Positions 30,547 through 41,900 of a stretch of 64,000 nt of DNA are shown here, in pieces. The stretch spans positions 128,001-192,000 of the forward strand of contig OY970340.1 in the NCBI GenBank assembly GCA_963717465.1. The letters are read 5' to 3'. The notes beneath the pieces were generated by a model. The model had not been told where the DNA came from, searched no databases, and was given only the letters and a program-made list of their open reading frames with translations. The DNA is from Candidatus Bathyarchaeota archaeon. GTDB taxonomy: Archaea; Thermoproteota; Bathyarchaeia; Bathyarchaeales; Bathycorpusculaceae. The first letter of the stretch is position 1, and every line of letters starts with the position of its first letter. The translations under genes and the position numbers were made by a program.

Positions 30547-32806
30547 TTAACCAGTCGAAGTTGCGTTATCGTAAGCGCTCCAGTTAATTTGGTACAGGGC
30601 AACCAGCGGTATGAGATAGACCCCTGTACCAATTTCATACTGCGTAGTCACATCTAAACCCTCAATATGCGCAAGCGTAAAGTAAGTTGGTGTTGCTCCT
30701 GTTTGACCACTAATATAATTGCTCAAGTCGTTCTCAGATGCCCATGTCTGCTCCACATTACTCAACAACTTGAAAATAGTCGAGTTAAGGCCCATAGCAT
30801 TCCATTGCCATGTATTTGTAGTTGTGTTTTCTAAGCCGAAGTTGTTTTGGTTTGTCCAATTGTATTCATTATTCATCCAGCTTGTTCCAAAAGATTCATT
30901 ACTCATGAATCTGCTCTGTGCTTCTCCGGAAATGCTTGCCATCCACGACCATTTACCTTCATCGCCATAACCTGCAAAACCGACCGAGTATCCGCTGCTT
31001 GAAGCTTGAAGTTCAAGTGTCACGAAAACTAGTACGTAGGAAGCATTATAGTGCTGTAGCATTTGTAGTGATTGAGTTTCAGTAGCCATAAAACTGTATG
31101 CTTGATTTTCAATTTGTGTAGTATTCTCAGTCGTGTTATCCGTTATTGTTGTGACATTTCCCTGTACAGTCAGCCATTCGCCGTAATCCCACCATGCACT
31201 AACTACTGTTGTAGAGTTAAGATTAGTCTTCATCCAGTTCAGCATATTTGACCATTGTGGCACTGATGTTGCAAGCGGAAGGCTAGAGGCTGTTATCGTT
31301 AGTGGCACGTAAGCGGAAGAGTATGCCCTAGGTACGCCGTTTGTTTGAGGAGAAAACGCAAGATTACTAACCAACAAAACAAAAATCAATAAGACAGCGA
31401 TAATGCTGAACTCTTTGCCAACACGGCGCAAACGCTGCTTCGCCTTCACTGAAATATGCGAAGGTTCCTTAAGAAGCAAGTAGAAGGGTTTAAGCACGCC
31501 CACAATGCCTAAGGCAGCAATCAATCCAAAAGCTGGAGCCAAAATCACCAGTAACCGCACCATCGAAGCTGCAAAATACAAGCCCGTTAAACCGAATAAT
31601 ATCAAGAAAATGTTTTTTGTAGTTGGATTTCTAATTACAAAGTACAATCCAATTATGAAGAATAGTATGGAGATTCCAAATTCAACGTACATTTGACCCC
31701 ACGAGGTAATTGCGTGTTCAGCAACCGAAGCTAAGATTGGAGTGTCGACTCGATAGAACGGGTCAACTGTCGATACAAATTTGGTTGCAATACTTGATAT
31801 CTTGCCATCATGCCATAAATATGCAAGACCACCAGCTAAGGCAGCAATTATGAAGCCGGAAAGAACAGTCTTGTATTTCATAGATTTGAGTTCCTGCCAG
31901 ATTTCTGACACGAATAGCAACACGAACACGGCTGAAGCTGCCAATACCGGAGCTGTCAGAAGATAGTCGATGGTCAGATAGGTCATGTTTATGCTTAAGA
32001 ATAACCCTAAACCGAAGCTAATAGCGTAGGAGAGCAAAAGTCGATGGTTGTATCTTTTTAGTATAATCATTACAAAAGCGAATATCGCCACTAGGCCGAA
32101 GAGGTAATACGCTGATCCCCAACCACCGGTGAAGAAGGCGAGGGCTAAGCCTGCGAGCACCGAATAAACGATGCAACTGTTTAAGGAGCGTTTTGTATCG
32201 TTAGCTCTTAGGAAAAGCAGGATGTACAGTAATAATCCGAGGACGCCGACTGCTTCTGTTTCGTACCAGCCCAAATTTGATCTGCCGATAACTGATGGGT
32301 CTAATGCTAAAAATAATGCTGCGAGTAAGCCGACTGTTTTTCCGCCCAGATCTTTGCCTATAAAGTATAGCACTAGTACCGCTAATGTGGCAAGAAATAC
32401 AGGTAGGATTGATAAGAAAGTCATAAGGTTAATGTTTATGCCAATGGCGGAGACAGCTTCGTATGTTATTGCACCTACCCAGGGCAGGATGGGCAGGGAA
32501 TTCATGTCTAGACCCCACGGATAGTTTTGTTGCATGTTAATCCAGTGAGTTGGCCAGTATGGTGATCCCAAGCCGTACTGGATCATGTGGCTGGTTAGGG
32601 AGTATTCAAAGAATGAGTCAAATTCCCCAAGTTGTAACGTGCCGCTAGATAACGGTTCCCAAGCCATCGGCAATATTCGAATTGACGAAAGCGACAAAGA
32701 GAATTAAAATTAAAGCTGAGTAGGACATTACCGTGGTTCGGTTCGCTTGAATGCGAAGCCTGCCAAAAGATTTCAAGCCCTTAACCAGTCTTTCCCTTTT
32801 TGACAT
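30547..32806 (-). CDS. aglB: Oligosaccharyltransferase STT3/AglB (frameshift ~32680)
   Basis: EFDS, SVAEH, WWDYG, DNTT, GDEGKW; N-terminus MSKRERL starts at 32806. Confidence 0.92.
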
Positions 32807-33091
32807 TGTGTCTCTTTTCTCCATTCATCAGCGTTGAATGTAATTTTGAAGTTATAACCTTGTATATCGCAATGTGGTTTATTTATGGCTTTCCAACATA
32901 GTTAACAATGCTTCGATTATCTCTGGCTTGCATATTTGCATTATTAATCAAATACGCGGTTTGTTTTTTGAAAAAATTTTTTCTTTAAGAATTGCTTTCA
33001 GATTAGCGAAACCAAATTTGGTATTTTGTTTTTTCGTTTTTAAAATTTAAAAATATAAAATGGTGACGTCTTAATTCTAAAAAGTTTTTTC

Positions 33092-33262
33092 TTAAGTTGC
33101 CTTTAAGGGTTTAACTTCTACGTTTAGAGGCATCAACGATAGTTTTCTGCCACATTTAGGGCAGTTTCCATTATGTAATTGAAGAATTTCATCTGGAGGC
33201 TTAAGCTCCACGCCTTCATATAATAGATTATTACAACCATGACAAATGACTCGTTGTGGCAT
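33092..33262 (-). CDS. Small Zn-ribbon protein, 56 aa (not in ORF track)
   Basis: MPQRVICHGCNNLLYEGVELKPPDEILQLHNGNCPKCGRKL...; GGAGG SD at 33271-33275. Confidence 0.85.
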   Translation of the reverse strand: MPQRVICHGCNNLLYEGVELKPPDEILQLHNGNCPKCGRKLSLMPLNVEVKPLKAT

Positions 33263-33302
33263 CCCATTACCCTCCAGTATAACAGCCTGTGAGATATTTA
33301 TT

Positions 33303-33330
33303 GGTTACTAAGTAACCGTTACTAAGTGAT
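33303..33330. promoter_or_regulatory. Tandem palindromic operator-like site between divergent genes
   Basis: Perfect GGTTACT-A-AGTAACC followed directly by GTTACTAAGTGAT. Confidence 0.5.
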
Positions 33331-33384
33331 CATTAATCTAAGAAATGCTTTAAGCGTAATTCGAATAAAAATGTTCAAGACTGG

Positions 33385-35478
33385 TTGTGCTCTTTGGAAA
33401 AGTACACTTTGATAATCACTGAAAAACCGGATGCTGCTGACAGAATAGCTAATGCACTTGATATTTCAGGTAAAGCTAAACGACTAGTAGAACAAGGTGT
33501 TCCATATTTTTGGGCGACAAGAAACGGTGGCATAGTTGTCGTGCCTTCATTGGGACACTTATACACTGTTGCAGGTACAAAACAAAGTAAAGCGAACTAT
33601 CCAGTTTTTGATTATCAATGGGTTCCAAGATACTGTGTTGAACGAGGATCGCAGAGAATCAAGACTTGGCTTAGGGTTATTTCAAGACTTGCAGAAAACG
33701 CTGAAAAATTCATCGATGCGTGCGATTTTGATGTTGAAGGTAGCATAATTGGCTATTGCATACTCAAATACGCTTGCGGCGATAAACAGGACATTGCTCA
33801 GCGAATGAAATATTCAACATTAACTGAAGAGGAAATTCAAAAATCGTACAATCAACTCATGGAAAATTTGGATTTTAAAATAATTGAGTCTGGACTTACA
33901 AGGCATGAAGTTGATTGGCTTTATGGAATAAATTTATCTAGAGCCTTAACATCAGCAGTCAAGAACTGCAGCGGGCAATACGCTACGCTTAGTACTGGAA
34001 GAGTTCAGGGGCCGACTTTAAAGTTTCTTGAAATTCGTGAACGTTACATACGCTCTTTTGTTCCCTCGCCTTATTGGAGTATAACTGCAAAAATAAACGT
34101 AGACAACTTTGTTCTTGAAGCGAAATACGAAAAAAGTGTATGCGAAACAAAAGCTGAAGCAAAAACGATTCTTGACGCTTGCAAAGACAAAGAAGGCATT
34201 GTAGAAAACATCGCTGTTAAAAAGTTTTTACAGAGTCCACCTTTCCCTTTTGATTTGGGTACGCTTCAAAGCGAAGCATATCGTCTTTTCAGGTACAAGC
34301 CACTGTATACTTTGAGTATTGCTCAACATTTGTATTTGAACGCTTTAATCTCTTACCCAAGAACCAGTAGCCAAAAATTGCCTCAGGCAATCGGTTATCA
34401 AGCCATACTTCGAAAATTATCTAAATGCTCTGCGTACAAACAACTGGCATTGATACTGCTCGCTAAATCAAGATTAATACCAAATGAAGGAAAGAGATTT
34501 GATTCAGCGCATCCGGCGATTTATCCAACGGGAAATTTGCCCACTAAACCTCTTGATAAATCTGAAAGCAACGTTTTTGATCTAATCGTTAAAAGGTTTC
34601 TAGCAGTTTTCGGTGAACCGGCGGTGAAGCAAAGCGAAAAAATGGATTTTAATATAAATGGGAAAATTTTCTTTTATTCAAGTCAACGAACATTAGTTGA
34701 CGGTTGGCTACAATTTTATAAACCTTATATCCACTCGTTAGACTTGCCTTTACCGCCTTTTGTTAAAGGACAGAAAATTAACGTTGAAAAAATAAGTGCT
34801 AAGAAAAATTTTACTAATCCACCAGCAAGATACAATCCCAGTAGTTTGCTTAAGAAGATGGAAAAAGCGGAAATTGGAACAAAAGCAACAAGGGCAGGAA
34901 TTATACAAACGTTGCTTGATCGAAAATATCTTCAAAGCGGGCAGAGTTTTACTGTAACTGATTTAGGTTTTGAAGTTATCGAAGTTTTAAGAAAATATTG
35001 TCCCACTCTATTATCCTCAGAATTAACAAGAGAATTAGATGAAAAAATGAATGAAATTCAGTTAGGAAACATGTCCAAAGAAGAAGTTTTGGCGCAAGCA
35101 ATTGAAATAATAAAGACTGCTGCAAAAGAACTTAAAGAAAACGAAGCCAACGTAGGTTTAATCTTAAGTCAAGCCCTAAGGAAATCCAGATTTGAAGAAA
35201 AATCCTCAACCAATTGCCCAGTGTGCCTTAAAGGTAAACTGGTGATTTTGCGTTCAAAGAAGACGGGAAAACGTTTTATCGGTTGCACAAATTATTTTGA
35301 AAACAAATGTAACGCCTCGTTTCCGCTTCCACAAACTGGCGCGATAAAACTTTTAAGGGCTACTTGTAAGAGTTGCGGTTGGCCCATCATAAGAGTCCTG
35401 ATCAAGCCGAAGCGACATTGGGACTTTTGTCTTAATCCTGAATGTGTATCAAAGAGGAAAGAGAAAAATGAAGTGTAA
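33385..35478 (+). CDS. topA: Type IA DNA topoisomerase
   Basis: ITEKP, DACDFDVEG, STGRVQGPTL, ISYPRT (catalytic Tyr), IGTKATRA, C-terminal Zn ribbons. Confidence 0.95.
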   Translation: MCSLEKYTLIITEKPDAADRIANALDISGKAKRLVEQGVPYFWATRNGGIVVVPSLGHLYTVAGTKQSKANYPVFDYQWVPRYCVERGSQRIKTWLRVISRLAENAEKFIDACDFDVEGSIIGYCILKYACGDKQDIAQRMKYSTLTEEEIQKSYNQLMENLDFKIIESGLTRHEVDWLYGINLSRALTSAVKNCSGQYATLSTGRVQGPTLKFLEIRERYIRSFVPSPYWSITAKINVDNFVLEAKYEKSVCETKAEAKTILDACKDKEGIVENIAVKKFLQSPPFPFDLGTLQSEAYRLFRYKPLYTLSIAQHLYLNALISYPRTSSQKLPQAIGYQAILRKLSKCSAYKQLALILLAKSRLIPNEGKRFDSAHPAIYPTGNLPTKPLDKSESNVFDLIVKRFLAVFGEPAVKQSEKMDFNINGKIFFYSSQRTLVDGWLQFYKPYIHSLDLPLPPFVKGQKINVEKISAKKNFTNPPARYNPSSLLKKMEKAEIGTKATRAGIIQTLLDRKYLQSGQSFTVTDLGFEVIEVLRKYCPTLLSSELTRELDEKMNEIQLGNMSKEEVLAQAIEIIKTAAKELKENEANVGLILSQALRKSRFEEKSSTNCPVCLKGKLVILRSKKTGKRFIGCTNYFENKCNASFPLPQTGAIKLLRATCKSCGWPIIRVLIKPKRHWDFCLNPECVSKRKEKNEV

Positions 35479-35698
35479 AGTTTGCGGTCGAGAGGCTAAA
35501 GAAAAAGGATTTTGCCCATTACATTTGAAGGCGTACATGAACATAGTGGACAAATATGATGTCTGGGCTAAGGCGCTATCGATTTCTTGGAAACAGTATT
35601 TATCTGAGATTCAGAAAAATTCATTAACTGGAACATGGGCTAGAGAAGTGATAAAGTGCTTGACGGAGGAAGAAAAGCAAGTTGTCAAAGAGACCTAA
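35468..35698 (+). CDS. Small Zn-binding hypothetical protein
   Basis: MKCKVCGRE...FCPLH; overlaps the topA stop. Confidence 0.75.
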   Translation: MKCKVCGREAKEKGFCPLHLKAYMNIVDKYDVWAKALSISWKQYLSEIQKNSLTGTWAREVIKCLTEEEKQVVKET

Positions 35699-36101
35699 AA
35701 AAAACGTGCCAAAACGTGCCTCATCATTTAGCCGAATGTACCGCAGATTGTCAACAATTCATCCTTCAACAGTTGTAATTGCTGCCGTTTTCGTTGCGTG
35801 TGCAATTTTCATTTTCAGCGGTGGGGTATGGACGGTTATTAATGCCCCGCCTCCCGCAGTATACTACAACAGTGAGTTTTACTTTTTATATCCAAGCTTA
35901 ACTAGCCAGTTCATATCAGATACAGTCATTTCTGCTGTTCTTTACTTGCTTGGTTTTGTAGGTTTACTAGCTATCTACCAGAGTACGAAGAACGCTTATA
36001 ATCCAAGACAAGCTTACATGCTACTAGCCATCGGGATTTCACTTTTAGTCGTGGCATACATAGCTTTGGAGGGTTCAATAGCCTTCAAAATATCAGGCTA
36101 A
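35682..36101 (+). CDS. OST3/OST6 (DC2/OSTC)-like three-TM membrane protein
   Basis: IFSGGVWTVINAPP...FLYPSLTSQFISDTVISAVLYLLGFVGL follows the GG..Y.VI..PP...Q...E...L...G..G pattern of DC2/OST3 TM domains (recognised from memory). Confidence 0.65.
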   Translation: MSKRPKKNVPKRASSFSRMYRRLSTIHPSTVVIAAVFVACAIFIFSGGVWTVINAPPPAVYYNSEFYFLYPSLTSQFISDTVISAVLYLLGFVGLLAIYQSTKNAYNPRQAYMLLAIGISLLVVAYIALEGSIAFKISG

Positions 36102-36113
36102 ATTAATCATACT

Positions 36114-36608
36114 TCACCAAGGATTACTTTTCAATTTTAGTTTGTAAGCAAGGAAGTTAGTAAACAAGTGAATCGGCGGCGTAACAATTAGAACTATCAC
36201 TGCCACTTCCCAGCCTATTATTGAAAGCGGAATCGCGAACAATAATGCGCCAACGACAAAATCTATTTGATCAACAACTGGCAATAGCCCTCCTGGATTA
36301 ATTCCTAAACGCCTCTTTGTGAAGGCACCAGCTAAATCACCAATCAAAGCACCTAAAGGTATCAACACACAAAATAAAATTGGAAAATTAAAAAGCAAAC
36401 ATTCAATTAACCCAACACCAGCCCCGACAAACCAACCGAAAAAAAAACCCTTAAAAGTCTTATTATTTCCAAAAATCCGCTTGCCATCAAAAAAATTCTT
36501 TCCAAAATCCATTGACAATCCGCCACCGGCAAGCACGGGTGCACCATTTGCACAATAAGCTGGAAAAATAAACTCCAAAGATGCAATAATCGCCGTAACT
36601 ATATCCAT
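36114..36608 (-). CDS. carS: CDP-archaeol synthase
   Basis: PAYCANGAP, DFGKNFFDGKRIFG, GDLAGAFTKRR, DQIDF, LKSNPW. Confidence 0.93.
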   Translation of the reverse strand: MDIVTAIIASLEFIFPAYCANGAPVLAGGGLSMDFGKNFFDGKRIFGNNKTFKGFFFGWFVGAGVGLIECLLFNFPILFCVLIPLGALIGDLAGAFTKRRLGINPGGLLPVVDQIDFVVGALLFAIPLSIIGWEVAVIVLIVTPPIHLFTNFLAYKLKLKSNPW

Positions 36609-36623
36609 GTCCCATACCCGTTA

Positions 36624-37325
36624 TCAGTAGAGTTCAGTGTCACTAATTCCGCTTTCACCTATTTGTACATAACAGGTGGATTCCTTCAAGTTTTGGGAGG
36701 GCTTCTCCACTACTGCCTTAATGGTTTGAGGATTCTCGGTTTGCTCCATGTTGATAATGTTATCAGCCCAGAATTTTAAAACGCGACTAGCTACTGGAGC
36801 GATACTCACGCTTGAATCGTTAAAAACGCTGCGCACCTGACTTGTGATTACAAAGGGAATTTTTCTGATCGCTGCAGTTTGAGCTAGAATCGCTAATTGT
36901 CTGTTTAATTCACGATTTACTTCAAATCCCTTTTTCCCTTCGCTTTGAGAAACCTTTGCCCCATAAAGCGACGTTAAAGTGTCAATGATTACTAAACCAA
37001 AATTCTTGGCTGTATAATCCGAAATGCTATCAACCACCACTGCTTGCTCCTTAAAGTCAACTGGTCTTAACAAGATAATCAGTTCAGCGATTTTATCAAA
37101 GTTATTTGACGATAACTGGGATAACCTTTTGGCTGAAAAAGTATTATCGCAATCAACAAACAATGTTTTGAATCCTTGCATGGCACAGTTAACTGCGCAT
37201 TGCATAGCCAGTGTTGATTTTCCGGTTTCAGGTTCACCGTAAATTAACGTAACACTTCCAGGTGAAATTCCTCCGCCAAGGTTTCTGTCTATGCATTTGC
37301 AGCCTGTAAGGATTTTTTTAATCAA
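36624..37325 (-). CDS. radB: RadB-like RecA-family ATPase
   Basis: TGCKCIDRNLGGG, GEPETGKST, VIIDTL, TSQVR. Confidence 0.8.
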   Translation of the reverse strand: MIKKILTGCKCIDRNLGGGISPGSVTLIYGEPETGKSTLAMQCAVNCAMQGFKTLFVDCDNTFSAKRLSQLSSNNFDKIAELIILLRPVDFKEQAVVVDSISDYTAKNFGLVIIDTLTSLYGAKVSQSEGKKGFEVNRELNRQLAILAQTAAIRKIPFVITSQVRSVFNDSSVSIAPVASRVLKFWADNIINMEQTENPQTIKAVVEKPSQNLKESTCYVQIGESGISDTELY

Positions 37326-37403
37326 GATGTATGCACATCAATGATTATTAACTGTAAAACTAATAATGTGTTGCGCTTAGATTATAAGTATCTTGGAAGA
37401 TGT

Positions 37404-38053
37404 ATGAAAGCAAAAGTTGCAGTAGCGACAGTCCAGGGAAAGGTATACTTTCTTGTCGTAAATGAGCTGAAAGAAAGAAGCATTCCTTTTTTAAGTTTAA
37501 TTCCAGGTCAATCAGTGCCTTCTGGAAGTTAAAGCAGTCATAACTACGGAGAAAGAGCAGAGTTTGGTTGATTATGGTGAAAAAATAGTTTTAAGCGATG
37601 AATCTGAACTGGAAGGAGTAATAAGCAGAGTAACACAAATGCTTCAAGGCAAAAAATCCTATGATAAAATAGTTATCGGGGTCGATCCAGGCGAAGTTTT
37701 CGGTTTAGCAGCAATATTATGATGGGAAAGTAAACGAAAAAGAAAACTTGTATAATGTGCATGAAGTTGCAATTAAAATAAAAAGTATCTTAAAGAACGT
37801 GGATTTTGCTTCAACCAGCGTTATCGTCAAAATAGGCAACGGCGTTCCAACATACAAGGAATTAATCTTAGAGCTGGATGAAACTCTGCCAGTTCATGTT
37901 AATTTGGAAATCGTCAGCGAAGCTGGATCAAATAAGCCATTAAAAGAAAATAAACGCAGCCGAAGTCTAAGACACATTTCTTCTGCCATACGTATCGCCG
38001 CAAGAGAAGGCTACATTTATCCACGGAGAAGAAATATTGAACAAAACAGTTGA
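37404..38053 (+). CDS. Conserved hypothetical protein with an RNase H-like IGVDPG motif (two frameshifts)
   Basis: MKAKVAVATV..., IVIGVDPGEVFGLA in the middle frame, VKIGNG, SAIRIA. Confidence 0.65.
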
Positions 38054-39005
38054 TTCAAACAAGACATTGTTGATTGATGGCCCCGCTTCCTTAACGGTTG
38101 TTTCTGGCAAAGTTGAGGTTTTCGGCGCGCAAGCTAAATGGTTTGGAAGAATCTTAATCCGAGATGGAAAACGCCTGCCTTTCTATGTTGAAGAGAAGGC
38201 GAGTTTTGAATTGTCGCTGGGATCAAAGGGCGCAGCAACCGAAGTCGATGGCAACACTATTCCAGCATCATGGATTCAACTTGCCAAGAATTTATTCCTT
38301 ATCAAGAAAAAGCCCGCGGATGTAATGTTTTTGGGGAAATCTGATTCTGGGAAAAGCAGCCTCTGCACTTACTTGCTTAACAAATTAGTTAATGGAAGAA
38401 AAGTTGCTGTTTTAGATGGTGACATGGGACAATCTGACATTGGTCCACCGTGTACAATTGGATATGCTTTTTCAAATAAGCCTATCACAGAATTGTATGA
38501 GTTAAAGTTGGAAAATGCGGTTTTTCTGGGTGTTACGTCACCAGTTAGAGCTTTAGTTGAAACGATTGAGGGTTTAGTTCAATTGGAGAATGCTATCTTT
38601 AGATATAGCCCAGATTTTATTTTAGTTAACACCGATGGTTGGGTGACGGGTGATGCCGCAGCAAAGCATAAGGCTCAAATGGTTGAGGCGTTGAAACCAG
38701 AAGTAGTTGTGTGTTTTGAAGAGAAGGATGAGCTAAAATTTTTGCTTGAAAACTTGACGAATACTTTAGTTGTTAAAGTGGAGCCATCTGTTTACGTTAA
38801 CGAGAGAAGCGCTGATAGACGCAGAATGATTCGAGAAATGAGTTATGCGAAGTACTTGGATGGCGCTAAAGTAAAAACCTTTGTTCTATCTCAACTGAAA
38901 TTGGAAAACACGAATGCTTTGCATGTAATTAGCAGCTGCGGAGAATTTGTTGGTAGCTTTCAAGGATGCTTTGGGCAAGTTTTTAGGAATTGGTGTTTTG
39001 CTTGA
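38037..39005 (+). CDS. Clp1/Grc3 polynucleotide 5'-kinase family (3' end frameshifted)
   Basis: GKSDSGKSS, DGDMGQSDIGPP, NTDGW. Confidence 0.88.
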   Translation: MNKTVDSNKTLLIDGPASLTVVSGKVEVFGAQAKWFGRILIRDGKRLPFYVEEKASFELSLGSKGAATEVDGNTIPASWIQLAKNLFLIKKKPADVMFLGKSDSGKSSLCTYLLNKLVNGRKVAVLDGDMGQSDIGPPCTIGYAFSNKPITELYELKLENAVFLGVTSPVRALVETIEGLVQLENAIFRYSPDFILVNTDGWVTGDAAAKHKAQMVEALKPEVVVCFEEKDELKFLLENLTNTLVVKVEPSVYVNERSADRRRMIREMSYAKYLDGAKVKTFVLSQLKLENTNALHVISSCGEFVGSFQGCFGQVFRNWCFA

Positions 39006-39092
39006 ATTGAACAGTGTTAGAATGAAAGTTTTAACGCCTGTTTCCGTTAAGCCAACAGTCGTCATTATTGGTCAAGAGTGTATGCTTTAATT

Positions 39093-41028
39093 TTAGGTTT
39101 TTTCTTGTTTGAAGAATTCAGTTATTTCTTTTGCTAATATGCCGTCTACTTCAGGAAGAGTTTTCAATCCATTTGTTATCCATGAAGGGCAAAAATCTTC
39201 GGCAGTAACTTGTGGAAAATCTGGAATCGAGAAAAACTATAGCACCATAGTCTTCCAGCGTCCTGATTGGTCTGCCTGCCGCTTGAGATGCCTTTTTCAT
39301 AGCGGGAAGAACGTAGCCGTATTCACGACCAAAGCCTGAGAAACATTTTTCGTAATATTCGATTTGCGCTTTAACTCTTGGCGTTGGCTCCGCATATGGA
39401 ACCCCAACAATTATGACAGAGTTCATTTGGTTACCTGGAAAATCCACGCCTTCAGATGTTCTTCCTCCTTGAACGCCCAGAAAAACTGCGCCGCCTTTAT
39501 CGCCGCATGCTTTGAAGTCAGATACTATTTTCTCGTTTTCTTTAGATGTCATGCCTCTTTTCTCATGGAAGAGCGGTCTTTCGATGGCAAATCCTAAGCC
39601 TTCGTTGACTAGAGAGTTTAGAACCTCAAAAGAGGCGGCGAAGATCCCAGTGTTTGTAGGAGTATTCTTTACGACTTCATTTATTCTCTTAATTATTGTA
39701 TGGTACATGGTTGGTGTTCTTTTTTCCATCGAAGTTGTGACGCCCATGGAAACTGCGGAAAACACGTGTTCTTTTGGAAACGGCGATGGAACAAGATATT
39801 GCACCGTATTTCTTGGAAGTTTTGTTATTTTCGAGTAAGCATCCAAAGGCTGCAGGGTTCCCGACATTACAACGTTAGCGTAGGTGGATGAAAAGACGGG
39901 TTCAGTAATTTTTGATGGGTCTAACGCCACTATTTCCAGCTTGGCAGTTTTCCCTTTTTCTTTACTTGAATAACTACTTGCAATATTTATGAATGAGTCA
40001 TCGCCCACAGTTTCAAGCCAACTAAGCAAAAATTCGCTTAAGGCATGAATGTATGAGCGCGGATTTTTTCCTTCAGAAAGCAAATTTCGTTTTATGGTTG
40101 CTCCGACTTCATGAAGCTCCTCAAAATATTCACGTGGATTACCTACGCCATGTTTTTGAATTTTGTCAACGAGTGTTTGGGCAGAAATTATTTCTTCACG
40201 ATTTATTTTATCGGTTAATTCTTCAACCTCTTGACGAAGGAACACTACAAAATTTTCAACGCCTTTATCTCCGAATTTGACTGCTTCAAGTTCAGCTTGT
40301 TTTAACCCAAAAAGTGATAGCGAGCTGCTGGAAATGTCGATTGCTGTTTCAGGCAAGTTATGAGCTTCATCGACGACTAAAATAATTTTTGAAAGGTCTG
40401 TGCCCAAGTTTTTTAGGAATGAAGTTCTAATCGCTGGATCAAAAACGTACAGGTAGCTTAAAGCAATAACTTTGCAGTCTGAAAGCGAAGATTTCACCAG
40501 TTCATAAGGACACAATTCCTTTTTCTTGCAGACACGCAAAATTTCAGACGCCGTGTAAGGCCGACTTGACAGTTGCTGTTGAAGCTGAAGGTAATCATAA
40601 GTTTGCTCATCTACGTTAAGGTAGTAGGGGCATCGGCCTTTAGCTTTAAGCAACTCGCAAACTTCCATAAGTGATTTAGAATCAAAAGCGCCCTTCGCAG
40701 CAAAAACGTTGAGGCACATTTCATTGCGTCCTCGAATTGAAACACCTGTGACGGGGTGTTTCTTGTAAACCGCTCGCAGTTCTTCTATAACTCGGTCATG
40801 TTGTCTGTGTGTTCTTGCTACGTAGAGAATTCTCAAGTTTTTTTCGAAAGCAACAGGTAAGCATGCAGCTAACGCGGAGATTGTTTTTCCTAAACCGTTA
40901 CTTCCTTCGATGAGAACAGATTGCCTATCATGGACTGACGCGTAAACAGTGTTTATGAATTGGTCCTGATGCGGTCGTACACTGCTATAGGGGAAGTACC
41001 CTGAGACTTCTTTAGGCATCTGCATCAT
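39093..41028 (-). CDS. xpd: XPD/Rad3 Fe-S DNA helicase (frameshift near the C-terminus)
   Basis: FPY..RPHQ, GLGKT, Fe-S cysteines, VDEAHNL, SGTL, SEGVDF, QAAGR. Confidence 0.92.
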
Positions 41029-41687
41029 TATTTCCACTGTCCTCTTGTCGGGCAATACATGTTAATGGGGCATTTTTCACATAGCGGATGCCTGGCTTTG
41101 CAGTATTTTCTTCCATGCTCTATCAACAAAACGTGTACAGGAAAGTAATCTTCGGCTTGATAAAGCCCTTGAAGGCTAGCGCGGACATCTTCGTACTTAC
41201 CATTGGCAGGCGCAAAGCCTAAACGCTTTGAGACTAAGTCTACATGCGTATCCACGGGAATCGTCGGTTTCTTAGCGGAAAATAATAGAACGACATCTGC
41301 CGTTTTCGGTCCTATCCCTGGCAGTTCGAGAAGTGTTTTTCTTGCCTCAGCGAAAGGCAGAATTAAAATCGGTTTTAATGAGCCATGATATTTTTCCATG
41401 AGAACCTTCGATACCTGCTTGATTACTTTAGCTTTATTCCTGTATAATCCGCCAGCGTGCAGGCAACGTTCAATCTGACTGATTTTAGCGTTCGACAGAA
41501 CTTTTGGGTCAATTTTGAAATGTTTCGATAAATTTTCAAAAGCTCTCGTCGTGTTTTGCTCGGACGTGTTTTGCGAAATAATCGTTCTAACAAGTGTTTC
41601 GTATGGGTCGCTTAATTCAGGCCATTGAGGCATAGACAGAGCTGACTTAAGCCTCTGCAATATTTCTGCTGCCCGATTCTCACCCAT
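41028..41687 (-). CDS. nth: Endonuclease III
   Basis: LPGIGPKTA HhH motif, VDTH, C-X6-C-X2-C-X5-C. Confidence 0.93.
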   Translation of the reverse strand: MGENRAAEILQRLKSALSMPQWPELSDPYETLVRTIISQNTSEQNTTRAFENLSKHFKIDPKVLSNAKISQIERCLHAGGLYRNKAKVIKQVSKVLMEKYHGSLKPILILPFAEARKTLLELPGIGPKTADVVLLFSAKKPTIPVDTHVDLVSKRLGFAPANGKYEDVRASLQGLYQAEDYFPVHVLLIEHGRKYCKARHPLCEKCPINMYCPTRGQWK

Positions 41688-41900
41688 TAATTTTTCCCGC
41701 ACCAAATCCAGAATATCCTCAGTGTGACATCGAGTATAAATATGCTCAGCGTTGAAGCGGCATTTTGAAGTTTAAAACTAGCTGTAATATTTGTTTGTGG
41801 GATTGAGATCAGAATGACAGCATCATTCGTTTTCGTTTATCGGTTATGAAGTCTTTTTAAGTGGACACGCCATAAATCAACTATTCCAAGGTGCAGAAAA

